Shown piece after piece: positions 39,233 to 46,333 of a DNA stretch of 59,644 nucleotides (within the stretch, counting starts at the first letter, position 1; each line of letters starts with the position of its first letter). Source of the DNA: Pseudomonadales bacterium. GTDB lineage: Bacteria > Pseudomonadota > Gammaproteobacteria > Pseudomonadales > Alcanivoracaceae. Both the position numbers and the translations under genes were made by a program. Where the stretch lies: assembly GCA_022360555.1 (NCBI GenBank), contig JAKSCQ010000179.1:1-59644 (forward strand), in the 5' to 3' direction. The notes under the pieces are model-generated. The model made no database searches. It was not told the DNA's origin and saw only the letters and a program-made list of their open reading frames with translations.

Positions 39233-40407
39233 TTGTGCCTCCCGTGTACCTGGGTGAGATGCTTGTTGACGGCCCGGCCCCGGGAAAAAACGGCTTTGGC
39301 CAGTCGCTGCCGGTCGCGTTTGCTGTGGCTGGCTTGCCGGAATTGGCCGAAGTAGCTGTTGGCGGTGGCGGTGACCTGGTGGGCCGGTACTGTGGCTATG
39401 CGCTGGCAGGCGTGGCGGACTGCCCGCCGGCGGACGGTGCGGCGCCATGGTTTGATGACCTGGCCGGCGAAATCGACGCCACGGTCTACGGGCTGCAGCA
39501 CGGTTTTCTTGGGGTTGAGCTGGGCGCTCAGGTGCTGGGGTAGCCAGGTGTCAATTTGCTGGTGGGCCTGATTGAGCCAGGCTGGGTCGCGGTGGAGCAG
39601 GGTGAAGTCGTCCACGTAGCGGATGTAGTGCCGGGCCCGGAGTTTGTGCTTGATGTGCTGGTCCAGGGCGTTCAGGTAGACGTTGGCGAAGAACTGGCTG
39701 CTGAGGTTGCCGATGGGCAGGCCCAGGTGCGGCGGGTGGTTGGTGAGCCGCTTGTGGGGTGGTACCTGGTCGAGCAGGGTTCTGTCGCCCCGGATTTCAT
39801 GGTTTTGCCGTGGGTCGTGGAACAGGATCTGGGTGGCGAGTTCGCGCCACCAGGGTTCCGGTATGTGCTTCACAAGCTGCTGGTGAAGGATGCGCTTGTC
39901 GATGCTGACGAAGAAGTTGGCGAGGTCGCATTTCAGGTACCAGGCGCGGTGCTGCCAGTTTTCGGTGAGGCTGCGGATCTTGGCTTCCAGGCGGCGGGCG
40001 CCGTAGTGGGTGCCCCGCCCGGGGATGCAGGCGCAGCTATCGGCGATGAACCGGGCGTGGAAGCGGGGTGCGATGTGGTTGTACAGCAGGTGGTGCACAA
40101 TCCGGTCGCGGAATTGGGCGGCCCAGACTTCCCGTGGCTTCGGGTGGGTGACGACGAAGCAGATGGAAGGGCCGGGCCGGTAGGTACCTTCGCGCAGTTC
40201 CTGGTCAAGCTGGTGCAGGTTGCGTTCCAGGTTGATCTCGAAGGCGAGGGCACTGTTGCTGGTGCGTTTGGCTTTTCGGCAGTCGAAGTAGGCCTGCACC
40301 AGGTCTTCAAATAAAAAATCAGCATGGCATTCAAGGCCCGCGAATAGATCTGCGGACGGCGCGAGCGCGGAACGCGTTGTTCTTGTGGTCGTTGTTCTGG
40401 TCGCCAT
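39229..40407 (-). CDS. DGR reverse transcriptase
   Basis: FRDRIVH, CDLANFF, GLPIGNLSSQFFAN (DGR-type GxxxSQ), YIRYVDD, GVDFAG. Start uncertain: ATG40407 lies inside the TR, and the frame is open to 40527. Confidence 0.93.
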   Translation of the reverse strand: MATRTTTTRTTRSALAPSADLFAGLECHADFLFEDLVQAYFDCRKAKRTSNSALAFEINLERNLHQLDQELREGTYRPGPSICFVVTHPKPREVWAAQFRDRIVHHLLYNHIAPRFHARFIADSCACIPGRGTHYGARRLEAKIRSLTENWQHRAWYLKCDLANFFVSIDKRILHQQLVKHIPEPWWRELATQILFHDPRQNHEIRGDRTLLDQVPPHKRLTNHPPHLGLPIGNLSSQFFANVYLNALDQHIKHKLRARHYIRYVDDFTLLHRDPAWLNQAHQQIDTWLPQHLSAQLNPKKTVLQPVDRGVDFAGQVIKPWRRTVRRRAVRHACQRIATVPAHQVTATANSYFGQFRQASHSKRDRQRLAKAVFSRGRAVNKHLTQVHGRHK

Positions 40408-40449
40408 CTTCAAAGTCCTGTCTCCAGGCGTTGTTGGCTGAGTACTGCG
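40348..40449 (-). repeat. DGR template repeat (TR), 102 bp
   Basis: CGCAGTACTCAGCCAACAACGCCTGG...AACAACGCGTTCCGCGCTCGCGCCGTCCGCAGAT; AAC-rich; aligns without gaps to both VRs, with mismatches mostly at TR adenines. Confidence 0.95.
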
Positions 40450-40624
40450 CCGGGTCGTGCTATCAATGTCGCCCCGCCGAAGGCGTGGCCGATCAGTGGG
40501 GTAACTGCGCGGGACCTGTGCCGGCATGCCGGCGTGGTTTCCCTGATGCGCGTGGCGGTGGCCTTGTTGGGGCCAGCGGCACGACCAGATTCAATTAAGC
40601 GCACGGGTGTGATCGCCATGACGG
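40450..40624 (-). ncRNA. Putative structured DGR RNA segment between avd and TR
   Basis: Long-range stem GGTCGTGC (40579-40586) / GCACGACC (40453-40460) encloses TGGCC/GGCCA, GCCGGCATGCCGGC and CGCC-TTC-GGCG hairpins. Confidence 0.5.
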
Positions 40625-40981
40625 TCACACAGCAGGCGCCGCGGCGGCGTGTCGTTTCCATCCCGTTGCCTGGCGGCCTATGCCATCGGTGATCTCTATG
40701 GCGCGGGCGTACTGCTTGGTGGAAATGAAGCGCTTGTCCTTGGACAGGCGCAGCAGGAGTTCCACCACTTGCAGTCGCTCCAGCAGATCCTCGATGTGCG
40801 GGGTTTTGTTGCGTGCGACGTTGGCCCTGAAGATCAGAACCAGTATCTCCACGCATTCCTCCCGCACCTTCTCGCCGATGAGCCGTTTGAAATCACGCGG
40901 GATGTTCCGGGTGATGTCGGTGGTCACGGAGAGCAGGTCATAGGCCAGCTTGTAAATCGGCAACTGGTGATGAAGTGCCAT
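40625..40981 (-). CDS. avd: Accessory variability determinant (Avd-like four-helix bundle)
   Basis: 118 aa, LPIYK...PRDFK...G...IGRQATGW; located between the targets and the TR/RT. Confidence 0.88.
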   Translation of the reverse strand: MALHHQLPIYKLAYDLLSVTTDITRNIPRDFKRLIGEKVREECVEILVLIFRANVARNKTPHIEDLLERLQVVELLLRLSKDKRFISTKQYARAIEITDGIGRQATGWKRHAAAAPAV

Positions 40982-40997
40982 GCTGAAAAACTCGCGA

Positions 40998-41014
40998 AGC
41001 GCGCTGCGCGCGCT
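40998..41014 (-). promoter_or_regulatory. DGR target-recognition hairpin downstream of VR1
   Basis: AGCGCGC-GCA-GCGCGCT, 31 nt after the VR1 end. Confidence 0.8.
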
Positions 41015-41022
41015 GTTAATGG

Positions 41023-41622
41023 TTAAAGGGTTGAATGGCTAATGAATCTGCGGACGGCGCGAGCGCGGAACGCGTTGCCCTTGAGGCCGGTGTCCTGGAA
41101 GCCATCTCCAAAGTACTGACTCCAGGCGGTGATGGCTGAGTACTGCGTGCTGGACCAGTGCCACACCTTGTCGAACAGTTCCGGCACATTGGCATAGAGC
41201 AGGGACAGTTCCCGGCGGGCGGGCAGATACCAGTCGTTGCGGCCGTTCAGGTTGAGCTGGTGGGCCCAGTCAGCGGCGGGGTGATCGTGGCCGTCTTCGG
41301 CCAGTGCGATGGTGTTGGCCAGTCCGTCCCATTCGTGGTCGGCGCCGCTTACCTCAATGCCGGCGGTGCCCCATTCCAGTTTTTTTTCTTCCTGGGGGTG
41401 GGCGGCGATCAGGTGATAATCCGGCAGGCCGTTGCTGCCACGCACCATGCCGGCATAAATGCCGCCCTGTTCGGGCCATACTTCGCCAATGGCCGGGATC
41501 TGGTCCGGGTTGTCGTTGGCATGGCCGGGCAGGGTGGCCAGCCAGTTTTTCACAATGGTGGCGTGGGGCAGCAGGATGGTGGCCCCGCCGTGTTTCACCT
41601 CAATCATTTGCTGGGTTTGCAT
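41023..41622 (-). CDS. DGR target protein 1 (DUF1566/CLec-like C-terminal domain)
   Basis: DWYLPARRELSL, WHWSSTQ, RARAVRR; VR at the 3' end; GGAGAG RBS. Confidence 0.9.
   Translation of the reverse strand: MQTQQMIEVKHGGATILLPHATIVKNWLATLPGHANDNPDQIPAIGEVWPEQGGIYAGMVRGSNGLPDYHLIAAHPQEEKKLEWGTAGIEVSGADHEWDGLANTIALAEDGHDHPAADWAHQLNLNGRNDWYLPARRELSLLYANVPELFDKVWHWSSTQYSAITAWSQYFGDGFQDTGLKGNAFRARAVRRFISHSTL
41046..41147 (-). repeat. DGR variable repeat VR1
   Basis: 13 mismatches to the TR by manual count: 11 at TR A, 2 at TR G. Confidence 0.95.
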
Positions 41623-41648
41623 GTCACTCTCCAAAAAAAATCGGCGCG

Positions 41649-41667
41649 AAGGGCGCTGCGCGCCCTT
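41649..41667 (-). promoter_or_regulatory. DGR target-recognition hairpin downstream of VR2
   Basis: AAGGGCGC-GCA-GCGCCCTT, 29 nt after the VR2 end. Confidence 0.8.
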
Positions 41668-41682
41668 GAATAGCTGAATGGG

Positions 41683-42303
41683 TTAATTGATGAGGAATCT
41701 GCGGACGGCGCGAGCGCGGAACGCGAGGAGCTTGTGGCAGAGGTTCTGGTCGCCATCAGCAAAGTCCTGCATCCAGGCGCCGTCGGCTGAGGCCTGCGTG
41801 CTGCTCCAATACCAGGTGGGCTTCAGGGCCTGCTCACCGTCTTCCTGGAAGTCGGTGGCCACGGTTTGGCCCGGCTCATTGATTGAGTAGGCATAGCCGA
41901 CCGGTACGCTGCTGGGGTTGTCACCGCTCAGGCGGAAGTTGCGGTTGGCGGTGGGTTTCAGGTTGCGATACACCAGCTCCAGTTCGTCACGGGCGGGCAG
42001 GTACCAGTCGGTGTGGCCGTTGATTTCCAGGCCCTGAATGGCTTTTGCCAGTTCGCTGCCGGCGGCGGCCATGGCCTGGGTGTTGGCCTGGCCGTCGAAG
42101 AAGCTGTTGGCGCCTTCGATGGCGTCGCGGTTTTTCCTGGGGCCCCATTGCTGGTCGTCCAGTTCACCCTCTTTGGGGGTTACGACGATGCCGTACTGCT
42201 GGCCGTTGATGGTGATGATTCCGGCGAAGTAGCCGCCTTCGATTTGTTGGCCGGCGGTGAGGGCGTGGCCGGCTTCCAGTTGTTCTGCGGTTGCTTGTTG
42301 CAT
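41683..42303 (-). CDS. DGR target protein 2 (DUF1566/CLec-like C-terminal domain)
   Basis: GGYFAG, DWYLPARDELE, WYWSSTQ, RARAVRR; paralog of target 1. Confidence 0.9.
   Translation of the reverse strand: MQQATAEQLEAGHALTAGQQIEGGYFAGIITINGQQYGIVVTPKEGELDDQQWGPRKNRDAIEGANSFFDGQANTQAMAAAGSELAKAIQGLEINGHTDWYLPARDELELVYRNLKPTANRNFRLSGDNPSSVPVGYAYSINEPGQTVATDFQEDGEQALKPTWYWSSTQASADGAWMQDFADGDQNLCHKLLAFRARAVRRFLIN
41697..41798 (-). repeat. DGR variable repeat VR2
   Basis: 17 mismatches to the TR by manual count: 14 at TR A, 2 at G, 1 at T. Confidence 0.95.
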
Positions 42304-42326
42304 GGTTCTCTCCCTTGTTGGGTTGG

Positions 42327-42668
42327 TTACTTGTTCAGGGCGATCCATTCGCCCCGGGATTGGAAGTGAAGTTCTTCGATCTGGGCTTGGGTGTCGTAAT
42401 CAAAGTGCGGGTTGCAGGTTCGGCAGTGGCCGGCGATCTTGATCGCCAAGCTATCTAAGCTGTTGATGCCGTGGCTCCGGAAACATGTCGGGCACAGGGT
42501 CCGTTGGTCGCAACAGGCGAGCGCGTCATCTTCGGCACGGTGCTGCTTGTCGCAGTGGCCGCAGACATAAGCTGTTTCGGGGGTTGGGGCACAGCAAGCG
42601 CGAGCCTCCATGATGTCGTTATAGTCTTCGCCGCAGTCGCCGCACAGATACACCTCTTCAACGTCCAT
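42327..42668 (-). CDS. Cys-rich multi-zinc-finger-like phage protein
   Basis: CGDC..CC, CGHC..CC, CPTC, CRTC; GGGGAG RBS. Confidence 0.75.
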   Translation of the reverse strand: MDVEEVYLCGDCGEDYNDIMEARACCAPTPETAYVCGHCDKQHRAEDDALACCDQRTLCPTCFRSHGINSLDSLAIKIAGHCRTCNPHFDYDTQAQIEELHFQSRGEWIALNK

Positions 42669-42694
42669 TGCTCTCTCCCCTGTTGGGTCGTTGG

Positions 42695-42955
42695 TTAAGC
42701 TGCGTGATTGATGGCCTTCCATTCCCGGGCAGCCTCTTCGCGCTGGGCGTCCAGGTGGTTGGCCAGGTCTTGGGCGTGCACGAGCCACGGGGCCTTCTGG
42801 CTCCGTGTGCCCCGGTGCGCTGGGAACGGCAGTGCCTGGCGTGCGGCGCGGCGTTTGGCCTGCGCCGGGCTGAGGCCAAGGTATTTTTCGGCGAGGTCGT
42901 CCAGCGGGATTTCCGCTGTCTCGAACTCGGCCATGAGTAAGAAGAGTGTGTTCAT
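42695..42955 (-). CDS. Pyocin activator PrtN family DNA-binding protein
   Basis: MNTLFLLMAEF...IPL...SQKAPWLVH..DLA. Confidence 0.85.
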   Translation of the reverse strand: MNTLFLLMAEFETAEIPLDDLAEKYLGLSPAQAKRRAARQALPFPAHRGTRSQKAPWLVHAQDLANHLDAQREEAAREWKAINHAA

Positions 42956-43004
42956 TGCAGTAACAGCCAGAGTGCCAGGGCGCTGCCGCTGATCAGGATC
43001 ACGA

Positions 43005-43280
43005 TCAGCAGGGCGCGGTCGGTTTGTTTTTGTTGCTGCTCAGTCGGTAGGCGAAGCTGCACAGGGCCGCCGTCGCGGCGTGGGTGGCGCAGGCGGCTTT
43101 TGCTGCCTCTGCTGTCGGGTAGCAGCCGATGCACTGGTGAACCGACGCCTGCCAGTTCAGCTTTTGATAAGGCGGTTTGGGTGGCCAGGCGGTGAATACC
43201 TGGGTTTCCCTGGTGTAGCTGAGGCTGACCCGGTAGTTGCCGTTCTTCAGGCTGTATTTGCTGACGGTTTCCCATGCCAT
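43005..43280 (-). CDS. Hypothetical phage protein
   Basis: GGGAGA RBS before ATG; position in the early operon. Confidence 0.5.
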   Translation of the reverse strand: MAWETVSKYSLKNGNYRVSLSYTRETQVFTAWPPKPPYQKLNWQASVHQCIGCYPTAEAAKAACATHAATAALCSFAYRLSSNKNKPTAPC

Positions 43281-43297
43281 GTGTCTCCCTCATTGCC

Positions 43298-43558
43298 TTA
43301 CGCGGCGCGTCTGATGCGGGCCCAGAGCTCAACCAGTCCGGCTTCGGTAATGTCGATGCGTGTCTGCCACTTCCAGCCCACTACGGGGTGGTAGAATTGG
43401 CGGTGTTCCTCTTTGAGCCAGCCCTCGCGCACCCAGGTCGGGTGGGCCCGTTCTTCCTGGGTGATGGCGCCCAGTTCCCGCAGGCGGTTGCGGAGCTGAC
43501 CGGGCTTGATGCCAAGGCGCTGCGCAGCGTGTTTGATGCGGTAGGTGGGCTGGCTCAT
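43298..43558 (-). CDS. Phage antirepressor KilAC-like / HTH protein
   Basis: IKHAAQRLGIKPGQLRNRLRE...TRIDITEAGL; GGAGG RBS. Confidence 0.65.
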   Translation of the reverse strand: MSQPTYRIKHAAQRLGIKPGQLRNRLRELGAITQEERAHPTWVREGWLKEEHRQFYHPVVGWKWQTRIDITEAGLVELWARIRRAA

Positions 43559-43560
43559 GG

Positions 43561-44085
43561 TTAACCTCCGAATGGCTCCCTGCCGATCAGTCGCCCCGGT
43601 TTGGCCTTGTGCCACCACTCCCGGGGCTGATCGGATTGGTAAATCCGGTATTCGTAGTGCGGCCAATGCCAGCCCAGCCTGTGCAGAAAGCCCCACCTGT
43701 GCTTCCAGTCGGTGTGGATGAAGAGCGTCCAGGTCTCGGGCTTAACGCCTGCGATGCGGTGGAGGGTTGCCCGGGTGATGTGGTTGAACCAGCGGACCGG
43801 GCGGGTCTCTTCTGTGGCAACTACCAGGTCCGGCTCAATCCACCGGGCATAGGGCGCGTGGTGTTCGCGGTAATGGCCGGTGAGCACCAGGCTGATGGCG
43901 TGGTTCCACGGGTGGTTGTGCAGGCTGCGTTCGTGATCGTCGCGCACGAACCTGTGCAGGTAGACCGTGAGGCCCAGCAGCTGGCCGATGAAGTACCGCT
44001 CCATGTAGGGCTTGCCTTCGATCTTGATCAGGCGAGTGGGGCGGTTGGCCGTAAGCCGGTAGAGGAGGCGTGCGAGCAGGCTCAT
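43561..44085 (-). CDS. Phage cupin-like protein
   Basis: LHRF...LHNHPW...L.G.Y.E...HRI...WTLF...WGF pattern. Confidence 0.65.
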   Translation of the reverse strand: MSLLARLLYRLTANRPTRLIKIEGKPYMERYFIGQLLGLTVYLHRFVRDDHERSLHNHPWNHAISLVLTGHYREHHAPYARWIEPDLVVATEETRPVRWFNHITRATLHRIAGVKPETWTLFIHTDWKHRWGFLHRLGWHWPHYEYRIYQSDQPREWWHKAKPGRLIGREPFGG

Positions 44086-44633
44086 ACCGGTGCCCCCTGT
44101 TGCTGGGCCAGCCAGCCGCTGACGACGTGCACGGCTTCTTGGCGCAGGTCTTCAATGGTGCCGGCGTTCAGCAGGTACCCGTCGCCCTGTTCCATGGTGA
44201 TGGGGCGGTTGGTGCTGTGCTGGCTGTCGCTGGTCCCTTCCGGGCGACTGACGTGGATCACCAAGCCCTTCATGGCCCGCACCCAGTCGGCTTCCTCTTC
44301 GGTCCGCAGGTCGGTGATGACGGCCAGTTCCGGGGTGTCCTGGCTTTCTTCCAGTTCCCGGAGGGTGTCTATCAGGCGCACGATCAGGAAATCCGGGCGG
44401 ATGGTTTTCCGTACCACATCACCCAGCTGCTCCAGTAGGGCGCGGATAGCCTTATCACCCTGTTGCTTGAGCTGGTTGATCTGTTCCGGCGTGTGGCCCA
44501 GGGCGACTGCCGCCATCTCATACAGAGGCGTAGCAAACGCTACTTCGTTGGTGTGCCAGATGCAGCTGCTGAGGCCTTCGGCGGCGGTGTTCTTGCCCGC
44601 GCCGCCGGGGCCGGTGAAGGCGATGATTTTCAT
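44082..44633 (-). CDS. Deoxynucleoside monophosphate kinase-like P-loop protein
   Basis: IIAFTGPGGAGKNTAA, FATPL, ITDLR..EE. Confidence 0.8.
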   Translation of the reverse strand: MKIIAFTGPGGAGKNTAAEGLSSCIWHTNEVAFATPLYEMAAVALGHTPEQINQLKQQGDKAIRALLEQLGDVVRKTIRPDFLIVRLIDTLRELEESQDTPELAVITDLRTEEEADWVRAMKGLVIHVSRPEGTSDSQHSTNRPITMEQGDGYLLNAGTIEDLRQEAVHVVSGWLAQQQGAPV

Positions 44634-44887
44634 ACGATGGCTCTCTCGATGGCATCGGCGGCAGTGGCGTACACCACGCCACCCGTTCGGCTGCTGAAAT
44701 TGCAGATGGAAACCTGGTCCGGGCCGGTTGGGCGGACCATGCAGTTGATGTCCTTCTGGAAGCGGTAAACCGTCACGTCCAGATCCACACCGTGCACGGT
44801 GATGCGGTGCGTCACCGGATTGCGGCTGTGCTGGCCTGCCTTGATGGCAGCGCGCAGGCTGCGTTCTTGTTCGGTGGTGAGGTTCAT
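44630..44887 (-). CDS. Hypothetical phage protein
   Basis: ATGA coupling on both sides. Confidence 0.6.
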   Translation of the reverse strand: MNLTTEQERSLRAAIKAGQHSRNPVTHRITVHGVDLDVTVYRFQKDINCMVRPTGPDQVSICNFSSRTGGVVYATAADAIERAIV

Positions 44888-45120
44888 GCTGCCTTCCTCC
44901 CGGCCTTGTACCGCTCGCACTTCTTCAGGTACTCATCGGCCATCTGGTTGATCTGGGCCCGTACACGCAGGGTGGTGTTGCTGACGGGCACTTCGCTGAG
45001 ATAGCGATCCAGCAGGCGACCTGAATTGAGCATGGCTTTTTCCATGTCGTGGGTGATGATCAGGCGGCCAAAGGCCCGTTTGGCGTTGTGGAGAAGGGCC
45101 GGTGTATTGGTCTGGCTCAT
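44884..45120 (-). CDS. Hypothetical phage protein
   Basis: GGGAGAG RBS; coupled to the next gene. Confidence 0.6.
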   Translation of the reverse strand: MSQTNTPALLHNAKRAFGRLIITHDMEKAMLNSGRLLDRYLSEVPVSNTTLRVRAQINQMADEYLKKCERYKAGRKAA

Positions 45121-45143
45121 GGGTGCTCTCCCTTTATTTTTCT

Positions 45144-45353
45144 TCAGGCGGCTGACGGGCCGTCACCATCAGGCCAGTGGTCAAGATTCACTTGATGACT
45201 CGGTGTGGGGCGGGGAGTCCGGCGATTGGCAAACTCCCCGGCGCTTACCAGGTCCGCACGCTTTCCGCTGATGACGGCCACCATGCCGGTGCGCACTTGA
45301 AGGCGGTGCAGGTCTGCCGGGTTGGCGGCAGTGGGGTGGATGTGAATGGTCAT
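45144..45353 (-). CDS. Hypothetical phage protein, first gene of the leftward operon
   Basis: GGAG RBS directly after the PL/OL region. Confidence 0.6.
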   Translation of the reverse strand: MTIHIHPTAANPADLHRLQVRTGMVAVISGKRADLVSAGEFANRRTPRPTPSHQVNLDHWPDGDGPSAA

Positions 45354-45367
45354 TTGCTATTGCTCCG

Positions 45368-45425
45368 TTAGCTTGTGCTAAACAATTTAGCTGGGGCTAA
45401 TATTTTAGTCAATAGCTTCTGCTAA
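45368..45425 (-). promoter_or_regulatory. PL-like promoter with three OL operators
   Basis: TTGACT (45412-45407)-N17-TAAATT (45389-45384); palindromes TTAGC-N4-GCTAA at 45368-45381 and 45387-45400, and ATAGC-N4-GCTAA at 45412-45425. Confidence 0.8.
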
Positions 45426-45732
45426 AGTTTCTGGTGATGCTGTTTGCCTTTTTGGTTTTAGTGCTGTGCCTTACCGGGCCCGGTAAGCTATAGGGGATTC
45501 GTTAGATCAGAGGTGTGTTTCGGGTGACGGGCGGGTGGTTTTAGGGTTGTGTGCCGTATCTTATTGTTTTTATATGGTTTTATGTCCTTGACATATGGCG
45601 TTTTTCATTTGTCAGCAATAAAACAAATGTTGTACCTTTTGTTCAGTATTGGATAATACGCATGTAGTAAACCAATAGTTTCAAACACTAATACACAAGG
45701 AAGCCCTATGATCGCGATCAAATACAGCCTGG

Positions 45733-46281
45733 GTGAGGGACATCTTGTCTGATCCTTGCATTGAGATAGTTCAAAATGGCCAGTGGTGGTTATCCCCACT
45801 GGCCATTTTCGTTTCAGCCTGCATAGGTGCTGGCGTGGCGATCTGCGCGATTATCAACCAGCACGCGATTGCGCGCAGAAGAGCAACGCTGGACATGATT
45901 GTGGCCAGCGAAGGGGATGGGCCTTTTCAGCGGAACCTGGCGGTTTTTAAGTCGGAAAGTAAGTGCAGCCGTAGTATGAGGCGTATCGCCAAGTCTGAAA
46001 GTGCCTCTGAACTGGCTACCCAGCGGCAAGTGGATTCCTTTCTGAATCACTATGAGCTGATCGCCATCGCTATTGAAAAGAAGATCCTGGACAAAGAGTT
46101 CTACAAGCTCTGGATGCGGGGCGCCTATGTGACTAACTATATAAAAGCGGCTCCCTATATTAACGAGCTCCAAGGCATGCCTAATGGTGACCAGACCTTT
46201 ATCAAATTTCAGTGCTTGGCGCGTGAATGGATGAAGGATGATGAAAAGCTGGCCGCTGCTGAGGCTGAGAAAGCCGAATAA
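45733..46281 (+). CDS. DUF4760-like membrane-anchored protein
   Basis: N-terminal TM, RRRATLD, FLNHYELIAIAI...ILD..FYK; AT-rich upstream region; start uncertain. Confidence 0.7.
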   Translation: MRDILSDPCIEIVQNGQWWLSPLAIFVSACIGAGVAICAIINQHAIARRRATLDMIVASEGDGPFQRNLAVFKSESKCSRSMRRIAKSESASELATQRQVDSFLNHYELIAIAIEKKILDKEFYKLWMRGAYVTNYIKAAPYINELQGMPNGDQTFIKFQCLAREWMKDDEKLAAAEAEKAE

Positions 46282-46283
46282 CG

Positions 46284-46313
46284 AAATGCCCACTTTATAG
46301 TGGGCTTTTTCTT
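46284..46313. terminator. Terminator between convergent genes
   Basis: GCCCACT-ttat-AGTGGGC followed by a T run. Confidence 0.75.
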
Positions 46314-46333
46314 TGGTGGGTACTGGTGAGAGA

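Noticed and set aside
39229-40527. RT as a group II intron or retron enzyme
   Set aside because: It has the GxxxSQ motif, avd and TR/VR pairs, and no maturase/endonuclease extension or retron VTG motif was seen.
42952-43332. 126-aa ORF ending in a hydrophobic helix
   Set aside because: Overlaps a better-supported ORF with an RBS; a short membrane peptide at its 3' end is possible but I could not find a convincing start.
45605-45799. 64-aa minus-strand ORF in the AT-rich region
   Set aside because: Overlaps the DUF4760-like start, with no RBS or motif.
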